A stretch of DNA of 64,000 nucleotides from Bdellovibrio sp. (GTDB lineage: Bacteria > Bdellovibrionota > UBA1018): assembly GCA_016185105.1 (NCBI GenBank), contig JACPOE010000015.1, positions 7,492 through 71,491 of the forward strand, in the 5' to 3' direction. The notes under the pieces were generated by a model. The model was not told the origin of the DNA. It did no database searches and saw only the letters and a program-made list of their open reading frames with translations. This document shows, one piece after another, positions 39,261 through 51,349 of the stretch; position 1 is the first letter of the stretch, and each line of letters begins with the position of its first letter. Made by a program: the position numbers and the translations under genes.

Positions 39261-40501
39261 TTCGTTGCTACTGTCCTGGAACCGCCTGCATCAGAGAAAT
39301 ACCGCTCAATCGCTTTACGCGCGAGGTAGGACGATCGCACTCGCCATTGCTTCGCATGGATGGTCAACGCAGCTACCGCAAGCCGGTGGGTTCCTGAATC
39401 TGCGTATCCCACAAACCACTCGTATTTCCCGTGGGGATCAAAACCAGTCAAACTGCCCGTCTTCCCACCCACGTCTAGAAAAGTGAAATCCTTCTTAAAA
39501 AATCCCCGAAAGGAGCTTCTGGAGGTACCTCGGTGAACGGTCTCCTGCATCAATCGTCTAATTTGCGAAGCCGTGTCAGAATCCATAGGCACTGCCGCTA
39601 CCCGCGGTTGCGCATAATAGAGCGGAGACCCATTGAGATCCGTAACCGATTGGACAATGAAAGGCTCCATCATGACACCCTGGTTAGCAACCGAGGCGGC
39701 AATTAAAGCGCCCTGAAGCGGACTCATCGTATTTTCACGTGTAAAGCCAGATGCACTCTCTGCTAGGCCCCAAACATCTCCGGGAATCAGAGCTCTTCCC
39801 TCCTGCACGGGCAGATCGGCGGATATCCTACGATTAAACCCGAATCTCCCAGCGTACCTCTGGAGCTCCTCCTGGCCCACCGAGTAGGCGCCTAGCTTTC
39901 CAAAGACTGTATTGATTGAATGGGCAAAAGCTTCTTTTAAGGTAATAAAACGTGTCCAGTGGGTAATCTTGGATTGTAAGATCTGTCCTCGATAAAGTGT
40001 GTGATTTCTCCCATTAAAAGAAACAACACTATCCGCAGAAATTTTCCCTTCGCCAATTGCGGCCGCTGCGGTGACAACCTTAAAAACAGAGGCGGAAGGG
40101 AAGGAGGCTCTCAGAGCAAGATTTCCGTGATCACCGGTCCTAGAATAGCTCACAAGGCTCATGATGCGGCCGGTCTTGGCATCCATCGCGACAAAGGCCC
40201 CGTAATCCGGACCATAGCTTCGAAACAAGCCCTCCATGGTCTCCTGGAGCTTGGGCTCAAGCGAGTAGTTTACCCTGACTCGCTTTCTCTTATTTTGAAT
40301 ATTCACGGTCATCTCATTAGGAAACGAGTTTACGCTAGCCGAGGACTTGAGAACCTCAGCGACGTTTTCCTTAGTGAGCTCAGGCTGGCGGGCAGGCTGG
40401 AGCATGAGCCTTGGCACTGTCTTTGACCCATACAAAACGCCTAATCCAGTCCCCGCAAAAATGACAAGAGCTCCAAGATAAAGAGCCCTTACTTTTCTCA
40501 T
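39257..40501 (-). CDS. stand-alone penicillin-binding transpeptidase-domain protein (membrane anchored)
   Basis: 414 aa with an N-terminal TM helix and the motifs SxxK (PSASVFKV), SxN (AHSINTVF) and KTG (GGKTGSL), followed by EWFVGY. No recognisable GT51 domain or long PBP-dimer domain. It overlaps the rsmH start by 4 nt. Confidence 0.8.
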   Translation of the reverse strand: MRKVRALYLGALVIFAGTGLGVLYGSKTVPRLMLQPARQPELTKENVAEVLKSSASVNSFPNEMTVNIQNKRKRVRVNYSLEPKLQETMEGLFRSYGPDYGAFVAMDAKTGRIMSLVSYSRTGDHGNLALRASFPSASVFKVVTAAAAIGEGKISADSVVSFNGRNHTLYRGQILQSKITHWTRFITLKEAFAHSINTVFGKLGAYSVGQEELQRYAGRFGFNRRISADLPVQEGRALIPGDVWGLAESASGFTRENTMSPLQGALIAASVANQGVMMEPFIVQSVTDLNGSPLYYAQPRVAAVPMDSDTASQIRRLMQETVHRGTSRSSFRGFFKKDFTFLDVGGKTGSLTGFDPHGKYEWFVGYADSGTHRLAVAALTIHAKQWRVRSSYLARKAIERYFSDAGGSRTVATK

Positions 40502-40533
40502 ACCTTTAATTCTCCTAAAAGTTACCTATCAGG

Positions 40534-41331
40534 TCAAGATTGATTTCGGAAGACCAGGGGTTCAGTTATTTCTCGGGAAAAATCCTCAGCACTTAAACGC
40601 TGGGCGCGTACCATTTTTTCAAGAATACTGCGGATCTGGCTCCGCGCAAAAGGGGTCAACTCACCCCGGCGAAATGACTGATTGTACCGAACAGGGCTCG
40701 GTAAAAGCATTGCCAGAAACGCTCCCTCTCTCGCAGTCAATTGATCTGGAGTCTTCTTGAAATAATACATCGAAGCGGCTCCAATCCCGTAAACTCCTCG
40801 ACCCCATTGCGCAATATTCAAATAGATCTCGAGAATCTTCCTTTTTCCAAGAGCTTTCTCCAATTCAATGGCTAGATACAGCTCTTTGATTTTCCTCCAA
40901 ATTTTCTTGTCCTTTTCTAAAAAGAGATTCTTCACGACTTGCTGGGTTATCGTACTTGCCCCCCGAGCAAATTTCTTTTTTCGAATGTCGGCCTTAATGG
41001 CTTCCGACATCTGGGCCGGATCATAGCCTCTGTGCTGATAGAAAGCCCAGTCTTCGCTCACCACGATCGCTGCGAGGGTACCCGCCGAGACAGCGCTCAA
41101 TGGGACCCAGCCCAAGGGTCTGCGCTTCCTGAAATGGATTTCAATTTGTTCGTCGCCGGCAGGTCCTTGCCCAAGATACACGACCTCGGGGAATTCTTTT
41201 GTTAAGCGCCCGACAGACGGGAATTCGTCCCGAAAAAAATGCAAGCACCAGAAGTAGATCGCCAACGCAATAAGAAAAGAAAACAGACAAATCAAAGCGG
41301 TAATCCGGCCAAAAGACGTCGGTTTTCGCAC
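40534..41331 (-). CDS. mtgA: monofunctional biosynthetic peptidoglycan transglycosylase (GT51)
   Basis: 265 aa with an N-terminal TM helix and the GT51 motifs SEDWAFYQHRGYD, GASTITQQVVKN, RKIKE and ILEIYLN. Confidence 0.9.
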   Translation of the reverse strand: MRKPTSFGRITALICLFSFLIALAIYFWCLHFFRDEFPSVGRLTKEFPEVVYLGQGPAGDEQIEIHFRKRRPLGWVPLSAVSAGTLAAIVVSEDWAFYQHRGYDPAQMSEAIKADIRKKKFARGASTITQQVVKNLFLEKDKKIWRKIKELYLAIELEKALGKRKILEIYLNIAQWGRGVYGIGAASMYYFKKTPDQLTAREGAFLAMLLPSPVRYNQSFRRGELTPFARSQIRSILEKMVRAQRLSAEDFSREITEPLVFRNQS

Positions 41332-41409
41332 GCGAGAAACCTAACACGACGCGCCTCAATAGGCCAGTATGCCCTTGTGTCAGATCCCGGCAAAATGTAA
41401 GCTGAGCCT

Positions 41410-44063
<2,654 letters not shown>

Positions 44064-44138
44064 CTTAAGACACCCCTTTGAAGAACCCTGTTTTCCCCCT
44101 GATTTCCGTGGTAAACCCCCTTCTGAGGTTTTAAATTC

Positions 44139-44750
44139 GTGGCCTATAATCCAAGGGACTATTTTTTTAAGAAAGCCAAAGAAGAGAATTACGCAGCACG
44201 ATCGATCTTTAAGCTTCAAGAGATCGATGACCGTTACAAGCTTTTCAAGACGGGCAATAAAGTATTGGATTTAGGAGCAGCACCAGGATCATGGTCCCAG
44301 TACGCTGCTGGAAAAGTAGGCCCCCAAGGTCGTGTGCTAGGGATTGATCTTCAGGCCATAAAAATTACACTTCCCAATGCCTTGTTTGTAAATGCTGACC
44401 TACGCGATCTGAACCTGACAGTAACATTTTCAGAGAGTGGGATTCAGCCCCCGTTTGACCTCGTCCTTTCGGATATGGCTCCGAAAACAACCGGAATTCG
44501 AATTACTGATCAGGCTCGATCCTTAGAGCTCTGTCAGCTAGCCCTTGAGGTCGCTGAAAAGTTCTTGAAGCCTAAAGGACATTTTGTCTGCAAACTGTTT
44601 CACAGTGAGGATTTTGAGACTTTTCGAAGTGCCCTCAGAGCCAGGTTCGGCAAAGTGGAAGTTCTACGCCCGAAAAGCACCCGCAAAGAGAGTAAGGAAA
44701 TCTTTTTTATTGGAATGCAATATCGTCCTGTACTCCTCCGCAAAGGCTAA
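44139..44750 (+). CDS. rlmE: 23S rRNA (uridine2552-2'-O)-methyltransferase RlmE/FtsJ
   Basis: 203 aa with YRARSIFKLQEID-like (YAARSIFKLQEID), LDLGAAPGSWSQ, VLSDMAP and VCKLF motifs. Confidence 0.9.
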   Translation: MAYNPRDYFFKKAKEENYAARSIFKLQEIDDRYKLFKTGNKVLDLGAAPGSWSQYAAGKVGPQGRVLGIDLQAIKITLPNALFVNADLRDLNLTVTFSESGIQPPFDLVLSDMAPKTTGIRITDQARSLELCQLALEVAEKFLKPKGHFVCKLFHSEDFETFRSALRARFGKVEVLRPKSTRKESKEIFFIGMQYRPVLLRKG

Positions 44751-44756
44751 AAAGTT

Positions 44757-45401
44757 ATGTTCGTATTTTCAAATTTGGCAACCAGCATAGACGGAAAGAT
44801 CGGAACTCAGGAAAGGGGCTTTTTCCTCCTCGGCACTAAAGAAGATCACAAACAGATGCTGCGCTTGAGGAAGAAATCGGACGCCGTCCTGATCGGGGCC
44901 TCGACCCTTCGCAGTTTCAAAAAACCCATCAAAATTCCGAACCGAAAACACCAGCCCCTAAACGTCCTTTTTAGCTCCCAATTGCAGGGAATTTCGCCAG
45001 AGTGGGAATATTTTCGAGACCCGCAAACACAAAGGGTTCTTTTCATTACTACGCCACTAGACCCAAAACGAACCAAGGCCTTTGAGAAATCCTCAGAGAT
45101 TGTCGTTCTCCAGAAAAACTCTCGGAAATCTCCGGTTGCGCTCCAAATGATGAGAAATTTAGAAAAAAGAGGAATTCACCGCCTTCTCGTTGAAGGGGGA
45201 GGTGGCCTCATGTGGGAGTTTGTTCGAGGAAATTGGCTCGACGAGATCCATCTCACCCTTACCCCCAGAATCGTTGGAGGATCCAAAGCTCCCACCTTGG
45301 TTGATGGAGTGGGCTTTCGTCCCTCGGATGTCCTGGGTTTACAGCTTAAAAAAGTAAAACGACTGGGCAATGAGCTCTTTCTAATCTACCAAAGGATTTG
45401 A
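44757..45401 (+). CDS. RibD C-terminal domain / dihydrofolate-reductase-like reductase
   Basis: 214 aa with ATSIDGKI, the LLVEGGGGL motif and LTLTPRIVGG, typical of pyrimidine reductase RibD_C-family proteins. Confidence 0.75.
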   Translation: MFVFSNLATSIDGKIGTQERGFFLLGTKEDHKQMLRLRKKSDAVLIGASTLRSFKKPIKIPNRKHQPLNVLFSSQLQGISPEWEYFRDPQTQRVLFITTPLDPKRTKAFEKSSEIVVLQKNSRKSPVALQMMRNLEKRGIHRLLVEGGGGLMWEFVRGNWLDEIHLTLTPRIVGGSKAPTLVDGVGFRPSDVLGLQLKKVKRLGNELFLIYQRI

Positions 45402-45414
45402 CGGTAACGTTGGG

Positions 45415-45606
45415 TTAGCGAAACCGATAAGCGGGGTCTACAGGACACCCCGGACAAGCAGCAACGATCTGATTGGTGTAGTAGCCCCAAACTTTGACGA
45501 TAGTCCGTCTAAAAGTAGAGGCGATTACCATTACAAAAGAGACTGCTATCAAAGTCATCAAAACATACTCCAAGACAGCTTGCCCCTTGTCTTCGTTCTT
45601 CCTCAC
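45415..45606 (-). CDS. Flp/Fap-type (type IVb) prepilin-like small protein
   Basis: 63 aa. MRKNEDKG|QAVLEYVLMTLIAVSFVMVIAS matches the Flp processing motif G/XXXXEY followed by a hydrophobic helix. The C-terminal part contains CPGCP. It has a GTG start with a very closely spaced GGAGA. Confidence 0.45.
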   Translation of the reverse strand: MRKNEDKGQAVLEYVLMTLIAVSFVMVIASTFRRTIVKVWGYYTNQIVAACPGCPVDPAYRFR

Positions 45607-45636
45607 ATCTCCTATTCTAGGATAAGATTAAGCCTT

Positions 45637-46212
45637 ATGACAACAGCCCAAAAAAGTAATACGAAACAACTGAAACTAGTACTCTTACCTATCTTTTTGA
45701 TTCTGTTGGTAATTACCGCCTCACTTTTCTTTGTGAAGTACCGATTAGTAGATCATGGGAGAAGTGACCGCCCGCAGCCATTCACAGTAGGCAAAGTTCT
45801 CCCAGATTTTGCATTAACGGATCTAAACGGTAAGAAAATTCGAGTATCGACCGTGCAAGGCAAGGTAATTTTTATGAATTTTTGGGCCACTTGGTGTGAA
45901 GCGTGCTTAGAGGAAATGCCCTCGATTGTAAAACTGCGTGAGAAATTTCATTCAAAAGGCCTAGAAGTTGTTGCAATCAACCTAGACGAAAACCCTGCTG
46001 CCGTGGTACCTCGGACCGTGCAACGCTATCAGATGGATTTTCCTGTATTCCAGGACCCAAATGGGGAAGTTGCGGAATTGTTTGATGTGTATGCTATTCC
46101 ACTCACGGTGGTTATGAATAATAAACGTGAAATCCTTCATATTCAAAATGGCGAGAACGACTGGAATACTGATGCGGTCCACACTCAAATGAGGGGTTGG
46201 CTCGGCGAATGA
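45637..46212 (+). CDS. TlpA/ResA-like periplasmic thiol:disulfide oxidoreductase
   Basis: N-terminal TM anchor and a thioredoxin fold with the active site FWATWCEAC. I chose the ATG at 45637 (MTTAQKSN...). Confidence 0.85.
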   Translation: MTTAQKSNTKQLKLVLLPIFLILLVITASLFFVKYRLVDHGRSDRPQPFTVGKVLPDFALTDLNGKKIRVSTVQGKVIFMNFWATWCEACLEEMPSIVKLREKFHSKGLEVVAINLDENPAAVVPRTVQRYQMDFPVFQDPNGEVAELFDVYAIPLTVVMNNKREILHIQNGENDWNTDAVHTQMRGWLGE

Positions 46213-46901
46213 GAACGGCACCTCTACCCTCTTTTTTGCGCGGGCTCTTTCCTAAGAAGGGCCTCCCTATTTTTCTAACCAAGAAGAACAAATACCCCTA
46301 CGGGGTAGTTCTCTTTGTATTAGCTGCGCTTCTTTATCTCCCCTCCAACCACATCCATTTTTTTGAACCTCGTCTTCTCCCCTTCTGGTGGATCGATCGG
46401 GCAGTGCCTTTTATTCCAGAGACCGTCTGGATCTATACAAGCGAATATTACTTTTTCATTGTTGTTTACTTAACCTGTAAAGATATTGTGAATTTGAATA
46501 AGTATTTCTATTCGTTCCTGGTCCTGCAGGCAGTTTGTGTACTCATGTTCTGGGTTTGGCCTACAACCTATCCGAGAGACATTTTTCCCCTTCCTTCGGA
46601 TTTAGATCCTCTAACCCATTTCATTTTCAGCTCTCTGAGGGCTGCTGACACTCCGGCCAATTGCTGTCCGAGTTTGCACGTCAGCAGCGTTTACTTGTCC
46701 TCGTTTATTTTCTTGGATGACCAGAGGAAAAAATTCCCATTCTTCTTTTTGTGGGCGACTGCGATTGCAGTAACCACACTGACGACAAAACAGCATTATC
46801 TAGTCGACGTGATTGCCGGCTTATTGATGGCCCTACTCTCGTATTGGGTCTTTCATAAGTACGTCCCCTATCACTACCGGGGCGACCAGGCGAAACGGTA
46901 A
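46197..46901 (+). CDS. PAP2-superfamily membrane protein, AUR1/IPC-synthase-like subtype
   Basis: 234 aa with 5-6 TM segments. The motifs ...ANCCPSLHVSSV... and ...TKQHYLVDVIAGLLMAL... correspond to the C2/C3 PAP2 motifs in the form I remember for the PAP2_3 (Aur1/Ipt1-like) family and sphingomyelin-synthase-like proteins. Confidence 0.6.
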   Translation: MARRMRTAPLPSFLRGLFPKKGLPIFLTKKNKYPYGVVLFVLAALLYLPSNHIHFFEPRLLPFWWIDRAVPFIPETVWIYTSEYYFFIVVYLTCKDIVNLNKYFYSFLVLQAVCVLMFWVWPTTYPRDIFPLPSDLDPLTHFIFSSLRAADTPANCCPSLHVSSVYLSSFIFLDDQRKKFPFFFLWATAIAVTTLTTKQHYLVDVIAGLLMALLSYWVFHKYVPYHYRGDQAKR

Positions 46902-48106
46902 TAGAGTTCTTCAAACCGCTCAAAATCAAGAACTGCAAAGTCAGCCCGCTTTCCAGCTTCCAGAGTTCCAGTTGCGTCTTCCAAACCTAAAGCCTGAGCC
47001 GCATTAAAGGTCACAGCTGCGAATATCTCAGATCTGCTCATCCCCAAGTAAAGAGCCGCAATGGTCATCACAGCAGGAAGTGAAAGGCACATACACGTCC
47101 CCGGATTAAAGTCGGTTGAGAGGGCCACTTTAGCCCCCTGATCCAATAACTTTCTAGCCGGAGCATGCGGAGCCTTTAAATAGAATGCGGTTCCTGGAAG
47201 GAGAACTGCGACCGTTTCACTTTTCGCTAGGTCCGAGATTCCATTGGCGGAGATCTTTAGAAGATGGTCCGCAGAAAGCGCCCCCATCTCCGCCGCCAAC
47301 GATGCTGAACCCGTGTCGCCCAATTCGTCCGCATGAATCTTGATTTTTAGACCTAACTTCTTAGCTTGAGTCAAAAGGATCCTCGCCTGCCTTACTGTGA
47401 AGTAGCCCTCATCGACAAAAATATCACAGGCATCCGCTAACTTGAGGCGAGCCACTTCTGGAAGCATCTTATTCAAGACTAGGTCAAAATAGTCTTCACC
47501 TGACATTTCCTTGGCAATCGCATGGGCGCCCAAAAACGTCGCCGTGAGCTGCATTTGAGGAAACTTTCGACGCAGTTTTGGAATCAGCTTCAAGACTTTT
47601 AGCTCAGATTCCAACGATAGCCCGTAGCCACTCTTGATTTCTACGGTTCTAACTCCAAAAGAGTAGAGTTCTTTCAGTCTCAAAACTGCTAAGCGTTCGA
47701 GTTCCTCTGCACTCGCTGCACGAGTTGCATTTACGGTAGTCTGAATTCCTCCGCCTCGCGCAGCAATCTCCTGATAGGTAGCTCCTGCGCAGCGTAGGGC
47801 AAATTCATCAGAACGGTCTCCGCCAAAAATCAAATGATTGTGGCAATCAATCAATCCTGGAATAAGTGCCCTTCTTCCCCTGAGGTCTGTCTTTTTAATT
47901 TTCTTAAATCTTTGGGGGAGGTCCTTCGTGGGCCCGACCCACTCAATTTTGTTTGGAACCTCTTGTTTTCCAACTCTCTTTACAGAAAAAACGATTGCCC
48001 CATCGGGAATCATCCCGAGGTCTTCATCCTTAACTCTACGGCCCTTTTTTTTTCGGATCCCTGCTCCAGTGTAAAGAACACTGGCGTGAATTACGGCGCG
48101 CATCAT
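46874..48106 (-). CDS. hutI: imidazolonepropionase
   Basis: Amidohydrolase with the HxH metal motif (LIDCHNHLIFGG), KIHADE and ADHL motifs. I chose the ATG at 48106, preceded by GGTGGGG; the maximal ORF has a GTG at 48118. Confidence 0.9.
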   Translation of the reverse strand: MMRAVIHASVLYTGAGIRKKKGRRVKDEDLGMIPDGAIVFSVKRVGKQEVPNKIEWVGPTKDLPQRFKKIKKTDLRGRRALIPGLIDCHNHLIFGGDRSDEFALRCAGATYQEIAARGGGIQTTVNATRAASAEELERLAVLRLKELYSFGVRTVEIKSGYGLSLESELKVLKLIPKLRRKFPQMQLTATFLGAHAIAKEMSGEDYFDLVLNKMLPEVARLKLADACDIFVDEGYFTVRQARILLTQAKKLGLKIKIHADELGDTGSASLAAEMGALSADHLLKISANGISDLAKSETVAVLLPGTAFYLKAPHAPARKLLDQGAKVALSTDFNPGTCMCLSLPAVMTIAALYLGMSRSEIFAAVTFNAAQALGLEDATGTLEAGKRADFAVLDFERFEELYYRFAWSPR

Positions 48107-48122
48107 TTTAAGCCCCACCCAA

Positions 48123-49784
48123 TTAGATCATCGGAATTATGCCACCGCGGGTAGCAAAAGCTCCGCGGCCAATTTCTTTCGCACGCTCATACCCAGCGTC
48201 CGCATGCCGAACGATTCCCATACCAGGATCGGAATTCAAAACCCGAGACAGTCTCTCATCTGCCTCTGGGGTTCCGTCGGCAACAATCACCATTCCTGCA
48301 TGAATAGAATATCCCATCCCTACCCCGCCGCCATGATGAACGCTGACCCAGGATGCTCCATTTACGGCATTGATCAGAGCATTCAAAATAGGCCAGTCTG
48401 CAACTGCATCTGACCCATCTTGCATGGCTTCGGTTTCTCGGTTTGGAGAGGCAACTGATCCACAGTCCAAATGATCTCGGCCAATCACCAAAGGAGCCTT
48501 AACCCGCCCCTCCCTCACCAGGCGATTGAAAAGGAGGCCTGCTTTCTCGCGCTGACCATATCCAAGCCAACAAATCCTAGCCGGCAGTCCCTGAAACTGA
48601 ATTCTCTCTTCAGCCATATGAAGCCAGCGGGCCATCCCTTTGTCTTCTGGAAAAAGTTCTAAGAGCGCTCGATCCGTGGTTTGAATATCCTTTGGGTCTC
48701 CCGACAAAGCAGCCCAACGAAACGGACCGCGTCCCTCACAGAACTGAGGCCGAATGTAGGCAGGAACAAATCCCGGAAATTCAAAGGCTCGCTTTAAACC
48801 ACCGCGAACTGCTTGAGCACGGATATTATTCCCATAATCAAAGACATGTGAGCCGTTTTCCTTAAATTTCAGCATGGCTTCTACATGTCTCGCCATACTG
48901 GAAAGCGACTGTTGAACATATTTTTCAGGATCGTTCTTTCTTAAATGGCTCGCAGATTCTAGGGTATGACCCACTGGGATATATCCATTGAGCTCATCAT
49001 GAGCACTGGTTTGATCGGTCACTAAGTCTGGCTTAAATCCTTTTTCCAAGAGCTGCCAAAGAATTTCCGCAGCGTTCCCTAGAAGACCGATGCTTGTGGC
49101 TCGCTTAGCTTTCTTAGCAGCAGAAACCCTTTCCAATGCATCTTCCAATGAGCTGGCAACTTCGTCGAGATAGCGAGTCTCGAGGCGGCGTTGAATCCGT
49201 GTCGGATCAATCTCTACATTCAAAGAAACCGCTCCGGCCATTGAAGCAGCCAAGGGTTGCGCCCCTCCCATGCCTCCCAAGCCTGCGGTCAAAACTACCC
49301 TGCCAGCGAGGTCGCCTTTGAAATGCTGGCGGCCTGCCTCAGCGAAGGTCTCATAAGTTCCCTGCACAATCCCCTGCGACCCAATGTAAATCCAAGATCC
49401 GGCCGTCATCTGACCGTACATCATCAATCCACGGTCCTCTAGGTCCCGAAAGTTTTCCCAGCTGGCCCACTTGGGAACCAACATACTATTAGAAATCAAA
49501 ACTCTAGGAGCTTGCTTATGGCTGGGGAAAACTGCTACGGGCTTTCCGCTTTGAATAAGAAGCGTCTGATCATCCCGAAGTTCCTTGAGACAGTGAACGA
49601 TCGACTCGAAACACTCCCAATTTCTAGCAGCTTTTCCATTTCCCCCATAAACAACGAGATCTAACGGCCGTTCAGCAACGTCAGGGTCCAGATTATTCAT
49701 CAGCATTCGCAAAGCCGCTTCCTGCTGCCAGCCTTTGCACTCCATTGCCGTTCCATGTGCTGCCCTAACTGTGCGAGGCTTCAT
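48123..49784 (-). CDS. hutU: urocanate hydratase
   Basis: 553 aa with typical urocanase blocks ([28 protein letters not shown]) over the full expected length. Confidence 0.95.
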   Translation of the reverse strand: MKPRTVRAAHGTAMECKGWQQEAALRMLMNNLDPDVAERPLDLVVYGGNGKAARNWECFESIVHCLKELRDDQTLLIQSGKPVAVFPSHKQAPRVLISNSMLVPKWASWENFRDLEDRGLMMYGQMTAGSWIYIGSQGIVQGTYETFAEAGRQHFKGDLAGRVVLTAGLGGMGGAQPLAASMAGAVSLNVEIDPTRIQRRLETRYLDEVASSLEDALERVSAAKKAKRATSIGLLGNAAEILWQLLEKGFKPDLVTDQTSAHDELNGYIPVGHTLESASHLRKNDPEKYVQQSLSSMARHVEAMLKFKENGSHVFDYGNNIRAQAVRGGLKRAFEFPGFVPAYIRPQFCEGRGPFRWAALSGDPKDIQTTDRALLELFPEDKGMARWLHMAEERIQFQGLPARICWLGYGQREKAGLLFNRLVREGRVKAPLVIGRDHLDCGSVASPNRETEAMQDGSDAVADWPILNALINAVNGASWVSVHHGGGVGMGYSIHAGMVIVADGTPEADERLSRVLNSDPGMGIVRHADAGYERAKEIGRGAFATRGGIIPMI

Positions 49785-49810
49785 AAAGTGTCTCCAAACC
49801 CGTTTTTAAT

Positions 49811-51349
49811 TCATGCGTGAATGCATTTCCTAAGAGTCTCGTTAAACTCTTTTGATGCCATTACTTTTTCGAGACCAGGGTAGTCTTCAAAAAAGGCTCG
49901 ATCCTCTTCTAATTTCTTAACTTCGGTCCTGAGTAAGGCATGAATTTTTTCAAGTACAGGGGTAGATTTTAACGGTCTTAACAGATCAATGCCCTGAGAA
50001 GCTGCCATCAGCTCAAGGGACAAAACACGTTTCGTGTTCGTCACAATTTTGCTGGCCTTGCGAGCTGCCCAAGCGCCCATGCTGACATGGTCTTCTTTGT
50101 CTGCTGACGTCGGGATCGAATCCACACTCGCAGGATGACAGAGGGTCTTATTCTCGGAAACGATACTTGCAGCAGTCACCTGAATAATCATGAAGCCGCT
50201 ATTTAAACCGCCCCGAGCAGTTAAAAACGGTGGCAAATCTGACAGTGACGGATTAATCAGCTTTTCCATTCTCTGCTCAGAAATATTTGCCAGCTCAGCA
50301 ACAGCAATAGAAAGTGCATCCATTGCAATTGCCACGATTTGCCCGTGAAAATTCCCACCGCTCAAAATTTTTCCGTCTTTTGGAAAAACTAACGGATTAT
50401 CAGTTACGGAATTGATCTCCCGTTCCAAAACCCCTCTCACAAAGGCAAGAGTATCGCGCGTTGCCCCGTGAACCTGAGGCATACAACGCAAGCTGTACGG
50501 ATCTTGGACCTTTCCACAGTCTACATGACTCGCTGAGATCTCGCTCTTCTGATCGCCATCTAACAGTAACTTCCGGAGGTTACTCGCAGCCTTGATCTGC
50601 CCTGGATGTGGACGAACTGATTGAATCTCGGGCTCAAACGCGGCTGTTGTCCCTCTTAATGCCTCGAGGCTCATGGAGCCCGTAAGGTCGGCTAAATCAC
50701 AGAGGTGTTCAGCTTCGAGGAGATTAATCACCCCCAACGCCGTCATAAACTGGGTTCCATTAATGAGGGCTAAACCTTCTTTTGGTCCCAGACGCACAGG
50801 CGTTAGGCCAGCGGCTTTGAGTGCATCCGCTCCCTTCACCTCCTTGCCCTGGTAGCGTGCGCGACCCTCTCCCACTAAAACTAAACCCAGATGCGACAAA
50901 GGAGCTAGATCGCCACTAGCTCCTACAGAACCCTGCTCTGGAATCACCGGAATAATACCCGCGTTCAGCACCTTAATGATCTGCTCAACCAGAGAAACAC
51001 TGACCCCCGAGTGGCCAATTGCCAAGTTACTAGCACGTAACAAAAGCATCGCCCTGACATAGGAGTCTTCTAAGGCTGGCCCCATTCCGGTCGCATGGGA
51101 TCTTAATAAATTATATTGGAGGCCTTCAACATCCGAGTTGGGGATTCGGACATTCGATAGGAGGCCAAATCCCGTATTGATCCCATAAAAAGTTTCGCCA
51201 GTTGCCACCTTAGACAACAAGAACTCATGGGCAACTTGAATACGGGAGCGCGCCTCCTCAGCAAGGGTCACCCCTTGCCCATTTACAGCAACCTCAAAAA
51301 CATCTTCAAGCGTAAGGGCTCTGTGTCCCAGGGCCAGCTTGGATTTCAT
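49811..51349 (-). CDS. hutH: histidine ammonia-lyase
   Basis: 512 aa with the MIO-forming ASG motif in GSVGASGDLAPLSH and QDPYSLRC. Confidence 0.95.
   Translation of the reverse strand: MKSKLALGHRALTLEDVFEVAVNGQGVTLAEEARSRIQVAHEFLLSKVATGETFYGINTGFGLLSNVRIPNSDVEGLQYNLLRSHATGMGPALEDSYVRAMLLLRASNLAIGHSGVSVSLVEQIIKVLNAGIIPVIPEQGSVGASGDLAPLSHLGLVLVGEGRARYQGKEVKGADALKAAGLTPVRLGPKEGLALINGTQFMTALGVINLLEAEHLCDLADLTGSMSLEALRGTTAAFEPEIQSVRPHPGQIKAASNLRKLLLDGDQKSEISASHVDCGKVQDPYSLRCMPQVHGATRDTLAFVRGVLEREINSVTDNPLVFPKDGKILSGGNFHGQIVAIAMDALSIAVAELANISEQRMEKLINPSLSDLPPFLTARGGLNSGFMIIQVTAASIVSENKTLCHPASVDSIPTSADKEDHVSMGAWAARKASKIVTNTKRVLSLELMAASQGIDLLRPLKSTPVLEKIHALLRTEVKKLEEDRAFFEDYPGLEKVMASKEFNETLRKCIHA

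Noticed and set aside
40412-40426. Sigma-54-like TGGCAC-N5-TTGA string
   Set aside because: The -12 element is TTGA, not TTGC. It lies on the plus strand inside the minus-strand transpeptidase gene, with no downstream plus-strand gene to serve.
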